Shown: one piece after another, positions 29,177-38,550 of the stretch
Position numbering within the stretch: the first letter of the stretch is position 1
Layout: each line of letters begins with the position of its first letter
Assembly: GCA_039028615.1 (NCBI GenBank)
Contig: JBCCHT010000045.1
Span: forward strand, 1-64,000
Source: Myxococcota bacterium
Lineage (GTDB): Bacteria; Myxococcota_A; Polyangia; Nannocystales; Nannocystaceae
Length of the DNA: 64,000 bases
Direction of reading: 5' to 3'
Made by a program: the position numbers and the translations under genes
The notes under the pieces: model-generated
What the model saw: the letters and a program-made list of their open reading frames with translations, nothing else
Told to the model about the DNA's origin: nothing
The model's database searches: none

Positions 29177-30367
29177 TCACCGCGGTGGTCGGCGCAAGGG
29201 AGGCAGCCGCAGCCCCACCACGCGCATCTCGAGTGACTTCCGCACGGCCCGATCGGCGGCGACTCGCGCTCGCATCGACCAATCGGCGGCGACGGTTCGC
29301 TCCGTGAGCCGAGGTCCGAGGGACCGAGCTTCGCTCAGCCGAGACGCCATGTCGTCGATCGCCCGCTGCAGGCCGGCCGTGCGTCGGCCGTGGAACGAAT
29401 CGGCCTCGGGTTCGCGCAAGGCTCGTTCGAGATCGGCGCGGTCGTTGCTCTCGAGGGCATGGACCGCGGTGAGCAGCTGCGCTCGCAGGCGCTGCGCTCG
29501 GTCTTCGCCCGGCAGGATGAACGCTCCGTGGGGCGTGCCGAGGGTGCTGAAGACATAGGCGCGTTGGGGGCCCATGTCGGAGGTGAAGTACCAGCGCTGC
29601 CCGGGGTCGTGGAGGAAGGTCCAGATGTCGTTGACGCGCTGGCCTTCGCTGCGCTCGAGGAAGGCATCGGTGGGAAGGCCGTAGCGCAGCTGGTGGCGAG
29701 AGCGGTCGAGCGTGCGCTGGTCCATCAGCGCGAGCGGGCGTGTGCACTGCTGCAGCGGGATCCACACGTTGAGCAGCTGCATGGGGGAGCGACGGTTGAT
29801 CCCGCCCGGCGACTCGTGGCGAAACACCCAGGGCGCGACGCCGCGGAGCATCTGCCGCAGCGGCGTGCCCGTGACGTCTTGGTCCGCGTGCACGGCCATG
29901 GCCGCGTCGTGGCCGCTCGCCCCGCGGTGGGTGGCCCGTTCATTGACCGACGAGCCATTGGGTCCGGCCTGACGCATCAGGAAGCCCTCGGGGGCGATCA
30001 GCAGCAGCCACAGACGCCCGCCGTCGGCCAGCGGCAGCATGGCGCCGCGAAGCAGCCGACGGATCGTGGCTTCATCGGATGCGCTGAGCGTACCGGCGAC
30101 CCGGACCCGTTCGAACGCGGCCTGGAGCGGTGGGCGTGCCGACAGATCGGCGGTGGTGAAGCCGTGCGTGCGGAGGGCGGGCACGGCCTCACCCTGGCTC
30201 CGGCAATCGGTGATGAGGCAGCGATGGTGATCGTAGGCGCGGCGACCCAGCAGGGCATCGGGCTCGAGCGTGCGGGCGCGCCATCGATGCGGCTGCTCCG
30301 GGTCGGCGCTCACGTCCGCGGGGCGGGTGAACGACAGCTCGGCTTCGACGGCGGAGAGGTTCGGCAC
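29177..30367 (-). CDS. CmcJ/NvfI-like Fe/2-oxoglutarate-type oxidoreductase
   Basis: VHADQ, NVWIPL, PLALMD, PGQRWYFTSDM, TPHGAF, RKSLEMRV. Confidence 0.6.
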   Translation of the reverse strand: MPNLSAVEAELSFTRPADVSADPEQPHRWRARTLEPDALLGRRAYDHHRCLITDCRSQGEAVPALRTHGFTTADLSARPPLQAAFERVRVAGTLSASDEATIRRLLRGAMLPLADGGRLWLLLIAPEGFLMRQAGPNGSSVNERATHRGASGHDAAMAVHADQDVTGTPLRQMLRGVAPWVFRHESPGGINRRSPMQLLNVWIPLQQCTRPLALMDQRTLDRSRHQLRYGLPTDAFLERSEGQRVNDIWTFLHDPGQRWYFTSDMGPQRAYVFSTLGTPHGAFILPGEDRAQRLRAQLLTAVHALESNDRADLERALREPEADSFHGRRTAGLQRAIDDMASRLSEARSLGPRLTERTVAADWSMRARVAADRAVRKSLEMRVVGLRLPPLRRPPR

Positions 30368-30370
30368 CGC

Positions 30371-31957
30371 TCACGCCCTACGACGACGGCGCAGGCTGCC
30401 GACGGCGAGGAGCAGCAGTCCCCAGCCGAGGCCCGAGTCCCGGCCCGAGGTCGTGCATCCGCAGCCTCCGGGATCGGTGCCGACCCCGGCCTCGTCGCCG
30501 CCGCTGCTGCCCGAATCGTCGTCGCTGCCCGCGGTGCCGGCCGGGGGCGTCGGCGGGGGCTCCGTGCCGGATTCCTCCCCGCCACCCGAGGTGGTCGCGC
30601 CTTGGCCTCCGCCCGTGCTGTCGCCGGGCTCGCCCGAGGTGGAGGTGGTCTCGTCGCCGCCCGGGTCCCCCGTGGTGCCGTCGTCGTCTCCCGGACCGGG
30701 GCCATCGCCCCCGTCGCTGTCTCCCGGCGTGCCCGGGCCGAGCACCAACGAGGAATCGATGACCTGGGCGATCGCGGCGACCAGCTCGTCACCCGTGGGC
30801 ACGATGTCCTCGGGGCCGAGCAGGAAGCCGGGCTCTTCACCCGGCCCCGGGCGTAGCTCGATGGTGATCGAGTGCAGCCCATGGACGCCGTACGTCCAGT
30901 CGATGACGTTGCCCGCGGCGGGATAGAGCTCGGACGACTGGATCGGCTGGTACCACGTGGAATCCACCTGGAACATGGCATCGGACATGTCCTGGGCCAG
31001 ATCGACGTAGAGCGCATCCGCGGGCGGGTTGTCGAAGCCGTAGCCCCACGGGTACAGCAGCAGCTGGCCGAAGCTGTGGACGTCGAGCAACGCGATCATG
31101 TTGGGATCGGCGTTGATGAAGTCCCGCATCGCCACCGTCTCCGGCTCGGAGAACGCGTTGGGGCCGTGGTAGTTCGGCGCTTCGGGCTCGTCGCTGGCCC
31201 CGTCTCCGCCCCAGGCCACGCCCCAGTTGCGGTTGAGGTCGACCCCGATGCCATCGCGTCGGTTCTTGCGCCACAGCCGTTCGTCCTCCCACGAAAACGT
31301 GTAGCCGTCGGGATTGACCACGGGGACGACGACGAGCACGACCTGGTCGAGCTGGTTGTCGAGGTAGCCCCCGCTGCTGGCGCTGGCGTATTGCTCGGCG
31401 GCGTAGATGGAGGCGGCAGTCGAGATCCACTCACGGGCGTGCTGCGTGCCCTGGACCAGGATGACGGGGCGATCGGCGGGGCCCGGGTTGGTGATCGACA
31501 GCCCGCGGATCGGCCTCCCCTCTAAAGAGGTGCCCACCTCGACGATGGTCGTGCGCTCCGACTCGGCCGCCGCGATGGCAGCGATGCGATCGAGGGTGGT
31601 GTCGAAGTCGCGATAGTCGTCGTGGTAGTTGGCCGGCAGCCCGCCGGGCAGGGGCCCCGGGCCGCCCGCGAGCCGAGTGGCTTCGGCGTCCAGGCGTGTA
31701 CCGAGATCGGGGTCGACGATGGTGTACGACCACCCGGTGGCATCGAGCGTGGCCATCTGCTGGGGCGTCACGCGAACCATCGCCCCTCGCTGCGTGCTGC
31801 GATGGGTCCACACGTCGAGACCCATGTCGTGCAGCGTGTCGGTCGAGGCGTCGATGTAGAGCAGGGCGTCACCGTAGTGACTGTCCGAGGCCTGCGCCAT
31901 GGCGGGAAACACCGCGAGCGCGGCCGCAACTACCAGTGGATTCCAACGAAAGCCCAT
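30371..31957 (-). CDS. M14 zinc carboxypeptidase with MYXO-CTERM sorting signal
   Basis: HAREWI, NPDGY, WRKNR, DLNRNW, FSEPET, DVHSFGQ; C-terminal GCGC..TM..RRRRRA. Confidence 0.92.
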   Translation of the reverse strand: MGFRWNPLVVAAALAVFPAMAQASDSHYGDALLYIDASTDTLHDMGLDVWTHRSTQRGAMVRVTPQQMATLDATGWSYTIVDPDLGTRLDAEATRLAGGPGPLPGGLPANYHDDYRDFDTTLDRIAAIAAAESERTTIVEVGTSLEGRPIRGLSITNPGPADRPVILVQGTQHAREWISTAASIYAAEQYASASSGGYLDNQLDQVVLVVVPVVNPDGYTFSWEDERLWRKNRRDGIGVDLNRNWGVAWGGDGASDEPEAPNYHGPNAFSEPETVAMRDFINADPNMIALLDVHSFGQLLLYPWGYGFDNPPADALYVDLAQDMSDAMFQVDSTWYQPIQSSELYPAAGNVIDWTYGVHGLHSITIELRPGPGEEPGFLLGPEDIVPTGDELVAAIAQVIDSSLVLGPGTPGDSDGGDGPGPGDDDGTTGDPGGDETTSTSGEPGDSTGGGQGATTSGGGEESGTEPPPTPPAGTAGSDDDSGSSGGDEAGVGTDPGGCGCTTSGRDSGLGWGLLLLAVGSLRRRRRA

Positions 31958-32043
31958 CGACGTCGGCGATGCTACCACGCGAAAACCGTGCGCCGAGCGG
32001 GGCATGTCGCCCCATCGGTCGCGCGCATGGTCACGCGTGGGGG

Positions 32044-32955
32044 TCAGTCGTCGCTGGTAGCGCGGGCCCAGTCGGGCAGCGGCGCGCGTAGCTCGATGGG
32101 CTCACCGCTCAGCGGGTGATCGAAACGCAATCGATCCGCATGCAAGAACAATCGCGAGGGGCCCTCGCCTTCGGACTCGCCGTACTTGCGATCGCCCAGC
32201 AGGGGGTGCCCCAGCTCTTTGGCGTGGACACGGATCTGGTGGGTCCGCCCGGTCTCCAGGCTGGCCTCGAGCAACGCGGTGGCGTGGCCTTCGACGGCCG
32301 CCTCGACCGGCTCGAGTCGGCGCAGGTCGGTGGCTGCGCTCCGGGCCCGCGGCTCGCCATCGCGGGCGACCCGAACCAAGCCGTGCTTGAGCTCGACCAA
32401 GGGCGCCTCGCAGCGCATCTGGGCCGGGGGCTCGCCCATGACCCGCAGGCGATAGCGCCGCTCGATGGTGTGCGCGGCGAACTGCTTGTGCATGCTCTTG
32501 TTGGCGACGCCGCGAATGGTCATGAGCACCAGCCCCGACGCGCCCTGATCGAGACGGTGCACGACGCCGACGTAGGGACGCAGCACGCCCTCTTCCCGCA
32601 GGACCCGGCGCACGGCTTCACTGAGGGTGCCGCGGGCGCTGTCGCGGGTCTGGGCTACGGGCACACCGGGGGGCTTGTCGAGCACCACGAAGGCCGGATC
32701 GCGATGGACGAAGCGCACGGAGTCGGGCGTGAGCTCCTCCTTGTCGAGCGCCTCCGGGTACACGGTGATGCGCTCTCCCGTGGTCACCCGGACGGTGGGG
32801 ATGCGCATGCGCAGGTGCCCCATGTACACCGCGCCGCTCTTGACGAGCTGCTTGGCCTCGTCGGTGCTGACCTTGCCCAGTCGACGCGCGAGCAGCTGGA
32901 AGAGCATGGTGCCGTCCTCGGACTCGACGACGCGAAAGCGAGTGGGACGGCTCAT
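32044..32955 (-). CDS. RluA-family pseudouridine synthase
   Basis: DKPPGV, VHRLDQGASG, LETGRTHQIRVH, GHPLLGDRKYG. Confidence 0.92.
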   Translation of the reverse strand: MSRPTRFRVVESEDGTMLFQLLARRLGKVSTDEAKQLVKSGAVYMGHLRMRIPTVRVTTGERITVYPEALDKEELTPDSVRFVHRDPAFVVLDKPPGVPVAQTRDSARGTLSEAVRRVLREEGVLRPYVGVVHRLDQGASGLVLMTIRGVANKSMHKQFAAHTIERRYRLRVMGEPPAQMRCEAPLVELKHGLVRVARDGEPRARSAATDLRRLEPVEAAVEGHATALLEASLETGRTHQIRVHAKELGHPLLGDRKYGESEGEGPSRLFLHADRLRFDHPLSGEPIELRAPLPDWARATSDD

Positions 32956-32957
32956 GG

Positions 32958-33848
32958 TCAGCTCCGTTGGGTGCGCAGGTCTTGGGCCAGAGCCCGCAGA
33001 GCCGCTTCGTCGAGGGTATAGGCGTCACCGCAGTAGCTGCAGCGAACGTCGGTGCTGCCTTGCTCGGTGGCCAGAGCATCGATGTCGTCGGCACCGAGCG
33101 TCGAGACGACCGCGCGTGCGCGCTCGGGGCCGCACTCGCACGCGAAGCTGAGCGGGGCCGACTCGGACGCGTGGTACTCCCCGCCCTGCAGCGCGAAGCC
33201 CATGAGGTCCTCCACGCTTCGTTCCTGACGCAGCACATCGGCCAGGCCCTCGTCGGCGACCGCACGGCGAACCGGGTCGAGCAGGGAGGGGTCGGAGCCG
33301 GGGAAGGTCTGGGCGAGCACCCCCGCGGCTCGCAGGACCTGGCCATCGGAGTCCAGCGAGACCTGGCAGCGCAGCACCGAGGGCAGCTGTTCGCTGGTGG
33401 TGAGGTAGTGCTCGAGGTCTTCGTCCAGCTCGCCCGAGGTCAGCTCCACGATGCCCTGGTAGGTGTTCTCGAGCCCGAGGTCGCGCGTGATCTGCAGCTG
33501 ACCGGCGCCGACATACGAGCCGACCGCACCACGCCCCGGCTGGGCCGGCAGGTTCATCTGGCTGACGCGCTCGGTGGTGAAGCAGCCGCGAACCGTGCCT
33601 TGCCCGCGCGCGTCGACGAGCATGCGCCCCAGGGGGCCGTCGCCCTTCATCGCGATGCGCACCCGCTCGTCGTCACCCTTGGTCAAGGTGGTGAGCAGGC
33701 AGCCGGCGGTGAGCCCTCGCCCGAGGAGGATCGCCGCGCTGCTGCTGACTCCGTGGCGTCGAACGCCCTCGCGGACCACGTCGGTCGTGATCGCTGCGAC
33801 GAGTCGGATCGCTTTGTTGCCGTCGAGACCTCGGAGGATTCGATCCAC
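32958..33848 (-). CDS. hslO: Redox-regulated chaperone Hsp33
   Basis: GDGPLG, YQGIVELTSGE, YLTTSEQLPS, zinc site CEC...CSYC; GTG start. Confidence 0.92.
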   Translation of the reverse strand: MDRILRGLDGNKAIRLVAAITTDVVREGVRRHGVSSSAAILLGRGLTAGCLLTTLTKGDDERVRIAMKGDGPLGRMLVDARGQGTVRGCFTTERVSQMNLPAQPGRGAVGSYVGAGQLQITRDLGLENTYQGIVELTSGELDEDLEHYLTTSEQLPSVLRCQVSLDSDGQVLRAAGVLAQTFPGSDPSLLDPVRRAVADEGLADVLRQERSVEDLMGFALQGGEYHASESAPLSFACECGPERARAVVSTLGADDIDALATEQGSTDVRCSYCGDAYTLDEAALRALAQDLRTQRS

Positions 33849-34132
33849 GGCCGGACCATACCTTCGCGACCTGCGCCGGCCAATAGCCCGAGCGTCGGCC
33901 GGTCCCACGTGCGCCCACGATCGTCGTCGAACGGCGGCCACGATGCCACGCGCCGTGGTGCGCCGAGCGAGAGGAGTCGCATGCCGCCGACCCGCGTTCC
34001 TTTGCACGCGAGCGCCGTGCTCATCGATCACTCGATCGACGTCGACGATGACCGCGCCGCGGGGTCGGAGTAAGTGCATGTCGCCTTCCGTCGGAGATTG
34101 ACCTATTCGCGGCCGTGGTAGGCTGGACAAAG

Positions 34133-36172
34133 ATGGTTGGGTCGCGAGCGCTTGGATTATTCGTGCTTGGGTTGGCTCTCGGAGCCTGTAGAGAAGACAC
34201 CACCGCGGCGACCGGAAGCGGTGGCTCGGGGACGGAGGGCGAGCCCACCGCGGGCGGCTCCGCGGACGAGGGGCTCGACTCCACGGCCGAGGGCGGAGCA
34301 ACCGAAGGCGACGACGTGGGCGGGGCCTGTGTCAGCGATGCCGATTGCGAAGACGACGACCCGTGTCGGCCGCAAAGCTGCAACGCGGGCACCTGCGAGG
34401 CCGGTGAGTTCCAGGTCTCGCTGGAGTGTCGGCCGCAGATCGAGGTCGAGTTCCCGCCGCGTGCGGCCACCCTGCAGGCCGACTCGCCCACCGTCACCGT
34501 CACGGGGCGCGTGCACAGCCCGGCCGGGCCCATCGAGTTCCTCAGCCTCAACGGCGAAGACGTCACGGTCGACGACGACGGCAGCTTCAGCCACGACGTG
34601 GTGGCCCAGACCGGCGGCAATACCCTGGTCTTCGAGACCGCCGACTCGGAGAAGACGCCGCGCAAGCGCGTGCAGTCGTTTCTGTGGTCGACCAACTTCC
34701 GGCTCCCCACCACCGCGCCCGAGGGCATCGCGGACGACGGCTTGGCGCTCTACCTGTCGCAGGAGACCCTCGACGACCAAGACCGCACGCCGCCCATCGA
34801 CGACGTCGCTTCGCTGCTGAGCCTGGCGGTGGAGAACTTCGACATCAATTCCTTCATCGACCCCACCACGTCGATCGCCAGCTCGGCCGGCTACGACGTG
34901 TACCTCACCAGCATCGACTACGAGTCCACGTCGCTGGCGATCAACGCGATCGACGGAGGCATGGAGGTCGTGGCGCGGCTCAACGACATCACGGGCGATC
35001 TCGACTTCGACTGCACCAACGCGGCGTGCTTCTTCGCGGGGGGCGACGGCAGTGGAGGCTTGTCCGTCAACTACATCGAGGTGCGCTCCGACTTGATCGT
35101 CGAGGTCGGCCCCGACAACCAGCTCGAGGTCACGCCCACCGGGACATCCACCAACGTCAACTCGCTCAACATCTGGTCCAACAACCTATGGACCAACTTC
35201 CTGCTGGCGATCATCGAGCCCTTCATCATCGGCGGGGTGGTCAACGACCTCGAGAACGAGCTCACCTCGCAGATCAACGGCTTGCTCGGGCCCGCGCTTT
35301 CCGAGGCGTTCGGGGGCCTTGCGCCCAACACCAACCTCAGCTTCCCGAACCTCGGCGATCCCAAGGCGCCGATCGACGTGCAGCTGGTGGCCGACTTCCT
35401 CGACACCGATTTCCACGATGGCGGGGCGCCGCCCGATCCCTCGCCGCCGCAGGGGGGCATGATCCTCATGCGGGGCGGGGGCTATGCCGTCACTCCCGTC
35501 GCGCCGCACAAGAACCTCGGCATTCCCGACCGAGCGGGCTGTGGTGACGGTACCAGCGGGCTCGACCTGCCGCGCGAGGCCCTGCTGGAGCTCGGCCTCG
35601 GCGACGACATGCTCAACCAGCTGCTCCACGGGGCGTGGACGGGCGGGTTGCTCGAGTTCGATCTGCCGCCCGAGCTGCTGGGCGAAGGCGGGCTGGTCAG
35701 CGACCTCGACATCCACATCAGCGGCATGCTCTCGCCCACGGCCTCCGACTGCTATCCCGACGGGCAGATCCGGGTGCACCTGGGCGACATCCAGATCGAA
35801 GGCGGACTCACCCTCGGCGTGCTGCCGATGACCTTCGTGGCCTACACCAGCTTGGTGGCGGGCCTGGAGCTGTCACCGACCAAGAGCGGGGTGGGCATCT
35901 CGATCACCGAGGTCGAGATGGTCGACACCGAGCTGACGGTCGGCGAAGACGAAGCGCTCGAGCAGGAAGCCCTGGTGGCGGCCACGCTCGAGGGGCAGCT
36001 GGTCAGCGCGCTCGTCGATGCCATCGGCGGTGGTGGGTTGGGGGGCATCGACCTGCCGCCCATCGACCTCAGTGCGACGCTGGGTCTACCGCCGGGCACC
36101 GCTGCGCTCACCGTGGTCGCCGAAGAAGTGCACCGCGAGCCGGGCATCACCGTGATCAGCGGCCGCCTGTGA
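34133..36172 (+). CDS. Lipoprotein with Ig-like domain and putative BPI/LBP (TULIP)-like C-terminal region
   Basis: Lipobox ALGAC; Cys-rich motif; Ig-like VTVTGRV..LNG..GGNTL; GDDMLNQLLHGAW segment. Confidence 0.6.
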   Translation: MVGSRALGLFVLGLALGACREDTTAATGSGGSGTEGEPTAGGSADEGLDSTAEGGATEGDDVGGACVSDADCEDDDPCRPQSCNAGTCEAGEFQVSLECRPQIEVEFPPRAATLQADSPTVTVTGRVHSPAGPIEFLSLNGEDVTVDDDGSFSHDVVAQTGGNTLVFETADSEKTPRKRVQSFLWSTNFRLPTTAPEGIADDGLALYLSQETLDDQDRTPPIDDVASLLSLAVENFDINSFIDPTTSIASSAGYDVYLTSIDYESTSLAINAIDGGMEVVARLNDITGDLDFDCTNAACFFAGGDGSGGLSVNYIEVRSDLIVEVGPDNQLEVTPTGTSTNVNSLNIWSNNLWTNFLLAIIEPFIIGGVVNDLENELTSQINGLLGPALSEAFGGLAPNTNLSFPNLGDPKAPIDVQLVADFLDTDFHDGGAPPDPSPPQGGMILMRGGGYAVTPVAPHKNLGIPDRAGCGDGTSGLDLPREALLELGLGDDMLNQLLHGAWTGGLLEFDLPPELLGEGGLVSDLDIHISGMLSPTASDCYPDGQIRVHLGDIQIEGGLTLGVLPMTFVAYTSLVAGLELSPTKSGVGISITEVEMVDTELTVGEDEALEQEALVAATLEGQLVSALVDAIGGGGLGGIDLPPIDLSATLGLPPGTAALTVVAEEVHREPGITVISGRL

Positions 36173-36197
36173 GGCGGCCGGAACCCCCCGCGCGACA

Positions 36198-36686
36198 CTA
36201 GGGCGCGGGGAGTTCTTCGAGGCGCTGCACGACGCACTGGCCGGGGCGATCCAGCGGAGCCCCGTCGGGACCGATGGGCGCGGATTCCTGGGGGTCCGGC
36301 GGCGTCGCCTCCTGCGGGATGCAGCCCACCCGCACTGTTTTGCCCGCCGCGGCCTCGAGCGCTTCGTGAGTGACGGCCTCGGATGCCCCGAGGACGGTCT
36401 CTTCGCCGTCGGCGTGGTGCAGGGTGAACTCCACCCCCATGTAGGCCTCCATGCTCTTGGTCTGAGGCAGAGGCGTGTACTCGAGCGTGCCCTCGTGCTC
36501 GACGCTGCCGTCGGCGGGCTCGGTCTCGTCGGAGCCATCGGGCAGGGGCCACTGTCGCCCCGACCCTTCGTCACCCGGGGGGGTGGTGCCCGGGGTCGTC
36601 GGTGTCGGCTCGGCGCAGCCGGTCCATGCCACTCCGGCGGCGCTCAGGGTGAACACGAAGGGAAGACAGCGGCACAACGATTTCAT
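36198..36686 (-). CDS. Small hypothetical lipoprotein
   Basis: Lipobox WTGC; globular C-terminus. Confidence 0.65.
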   Translation of the reverse strand: MKSLCRCLPFVFTLSAAGVAWTGCAEPTPTTPGTTPPGDEGSGRQWPLPDGSDETEPADGSVEHEGTLEYTPLPQTKSMEAYMGVEFTLHHADGEETVLGASEAVTHEALEAAAGKTVRVGCIPQEATPPDPQESAPIGPDGAPLDRPGQCVVQRLEELPAP

Positions 36687-36846
36687 CGGCGCCGCGATCG
36701 TAGCCAAATGCGTGAGCAAGCGGGGGCCCACGATGAGCCAGTGGCCACGACGCCCGTTTCGGAGGCAGCGGTTGTAGCCAGGGCACGGGTGTCAGGCCGC
36801 GGACCTAAGTGCCCGTGGTGACGTCATTTTCCCTCCAGGTCGAAGA

Positions 36847-36862
36847 TGGCAGCCCACTTGCT
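36847..36862 (+). promoter_or_regulatory. Sigma54 (-24/-12) promoter
   Basis: TGGCAGCCCACTTGCT matches TGGCAC-N5-TTGCW with the exact GG-N10-GC spacing. Confidence 0.65.
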
Positions 36863-36872
36863 CTTATGGCGG

Positions 36873-37042
36873 GCGCACACACACTCCAAATCACGAGCGC
36901 CGCGAATGGTCGCGGTGGTCGAGATTCCACGAGTGATGCGAGGCCGGGGGCGGCTTCGCACCGTGATCCTCGTGGGGCCATGACATCGGGGGCGTTGTCG
37001 TGGCTCCGCGAGGACCACCCCTTTTCAGGGGTGGGCCTTTTT

Positions 37043-37043
<1 letters not shown>
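36873..37043 (+). ncRNA. Candidate sigma54-dependent small RNA (~170 nt, four stem-loops)
   Basis: Promoter and terminator both face + while both flanking genes are on -. Stems at 36889-36926, 36927-36975, 36976-37005 and 37011-37038. Wobble pairs are G-U on the + strand. Confidence 0.6.
37011..37043 (+). terminator. Intrinsic terminator, + strand
   Basis: AGGACCACCCCT-tttc-AGGGGTGGGCCT followed by a T-run. Confidence 0.75.
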
Positions 37044-38350
<1,307 letters not shown>

Positions 38351-38550
38351 GGCAGGGTCCTCGAGCGAGACGCTGGGTAGACCCAACGTACCTGCGGCGG
38401 GGGCGGTCTGTTCCCGGACGGGCCGGGGGCCGGAGATCCACCGGCCTAGGCATCGTTTGTCGACCAGATCGAGCCCCCTCGCAAGACCAGGCCTGCTCGC
38501 GGGCTGCGCGGCGCGGCGCGGGCGCGTCCATGTTATATCTGCCGCCGAAC

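Noticed and set aside
36790..36865. Partial resemblance to a c-di-GMP-I riboswitch (GCCGCGGACCTAAG ... ATGGCAGCC)
   Set aside because: The GGCAAA/GNRA P2 stem and GACGCAAA elements are missing; the second part is better explained as a sigma54 promoter.
36906..36983. 25-aa Val/Ile/Leu-rich ORF (MVAVVEIPRVMRGRGRLRTVILVGP) before a terminator, resembling an ilv attenuator leader
   Set aside because: No + strand gene follows the terminator (the next gene is convergent), there is no SD, and the ATG lies in a hairpin loop. A dual-function peptide cannot be excluded without Ribo-seq.
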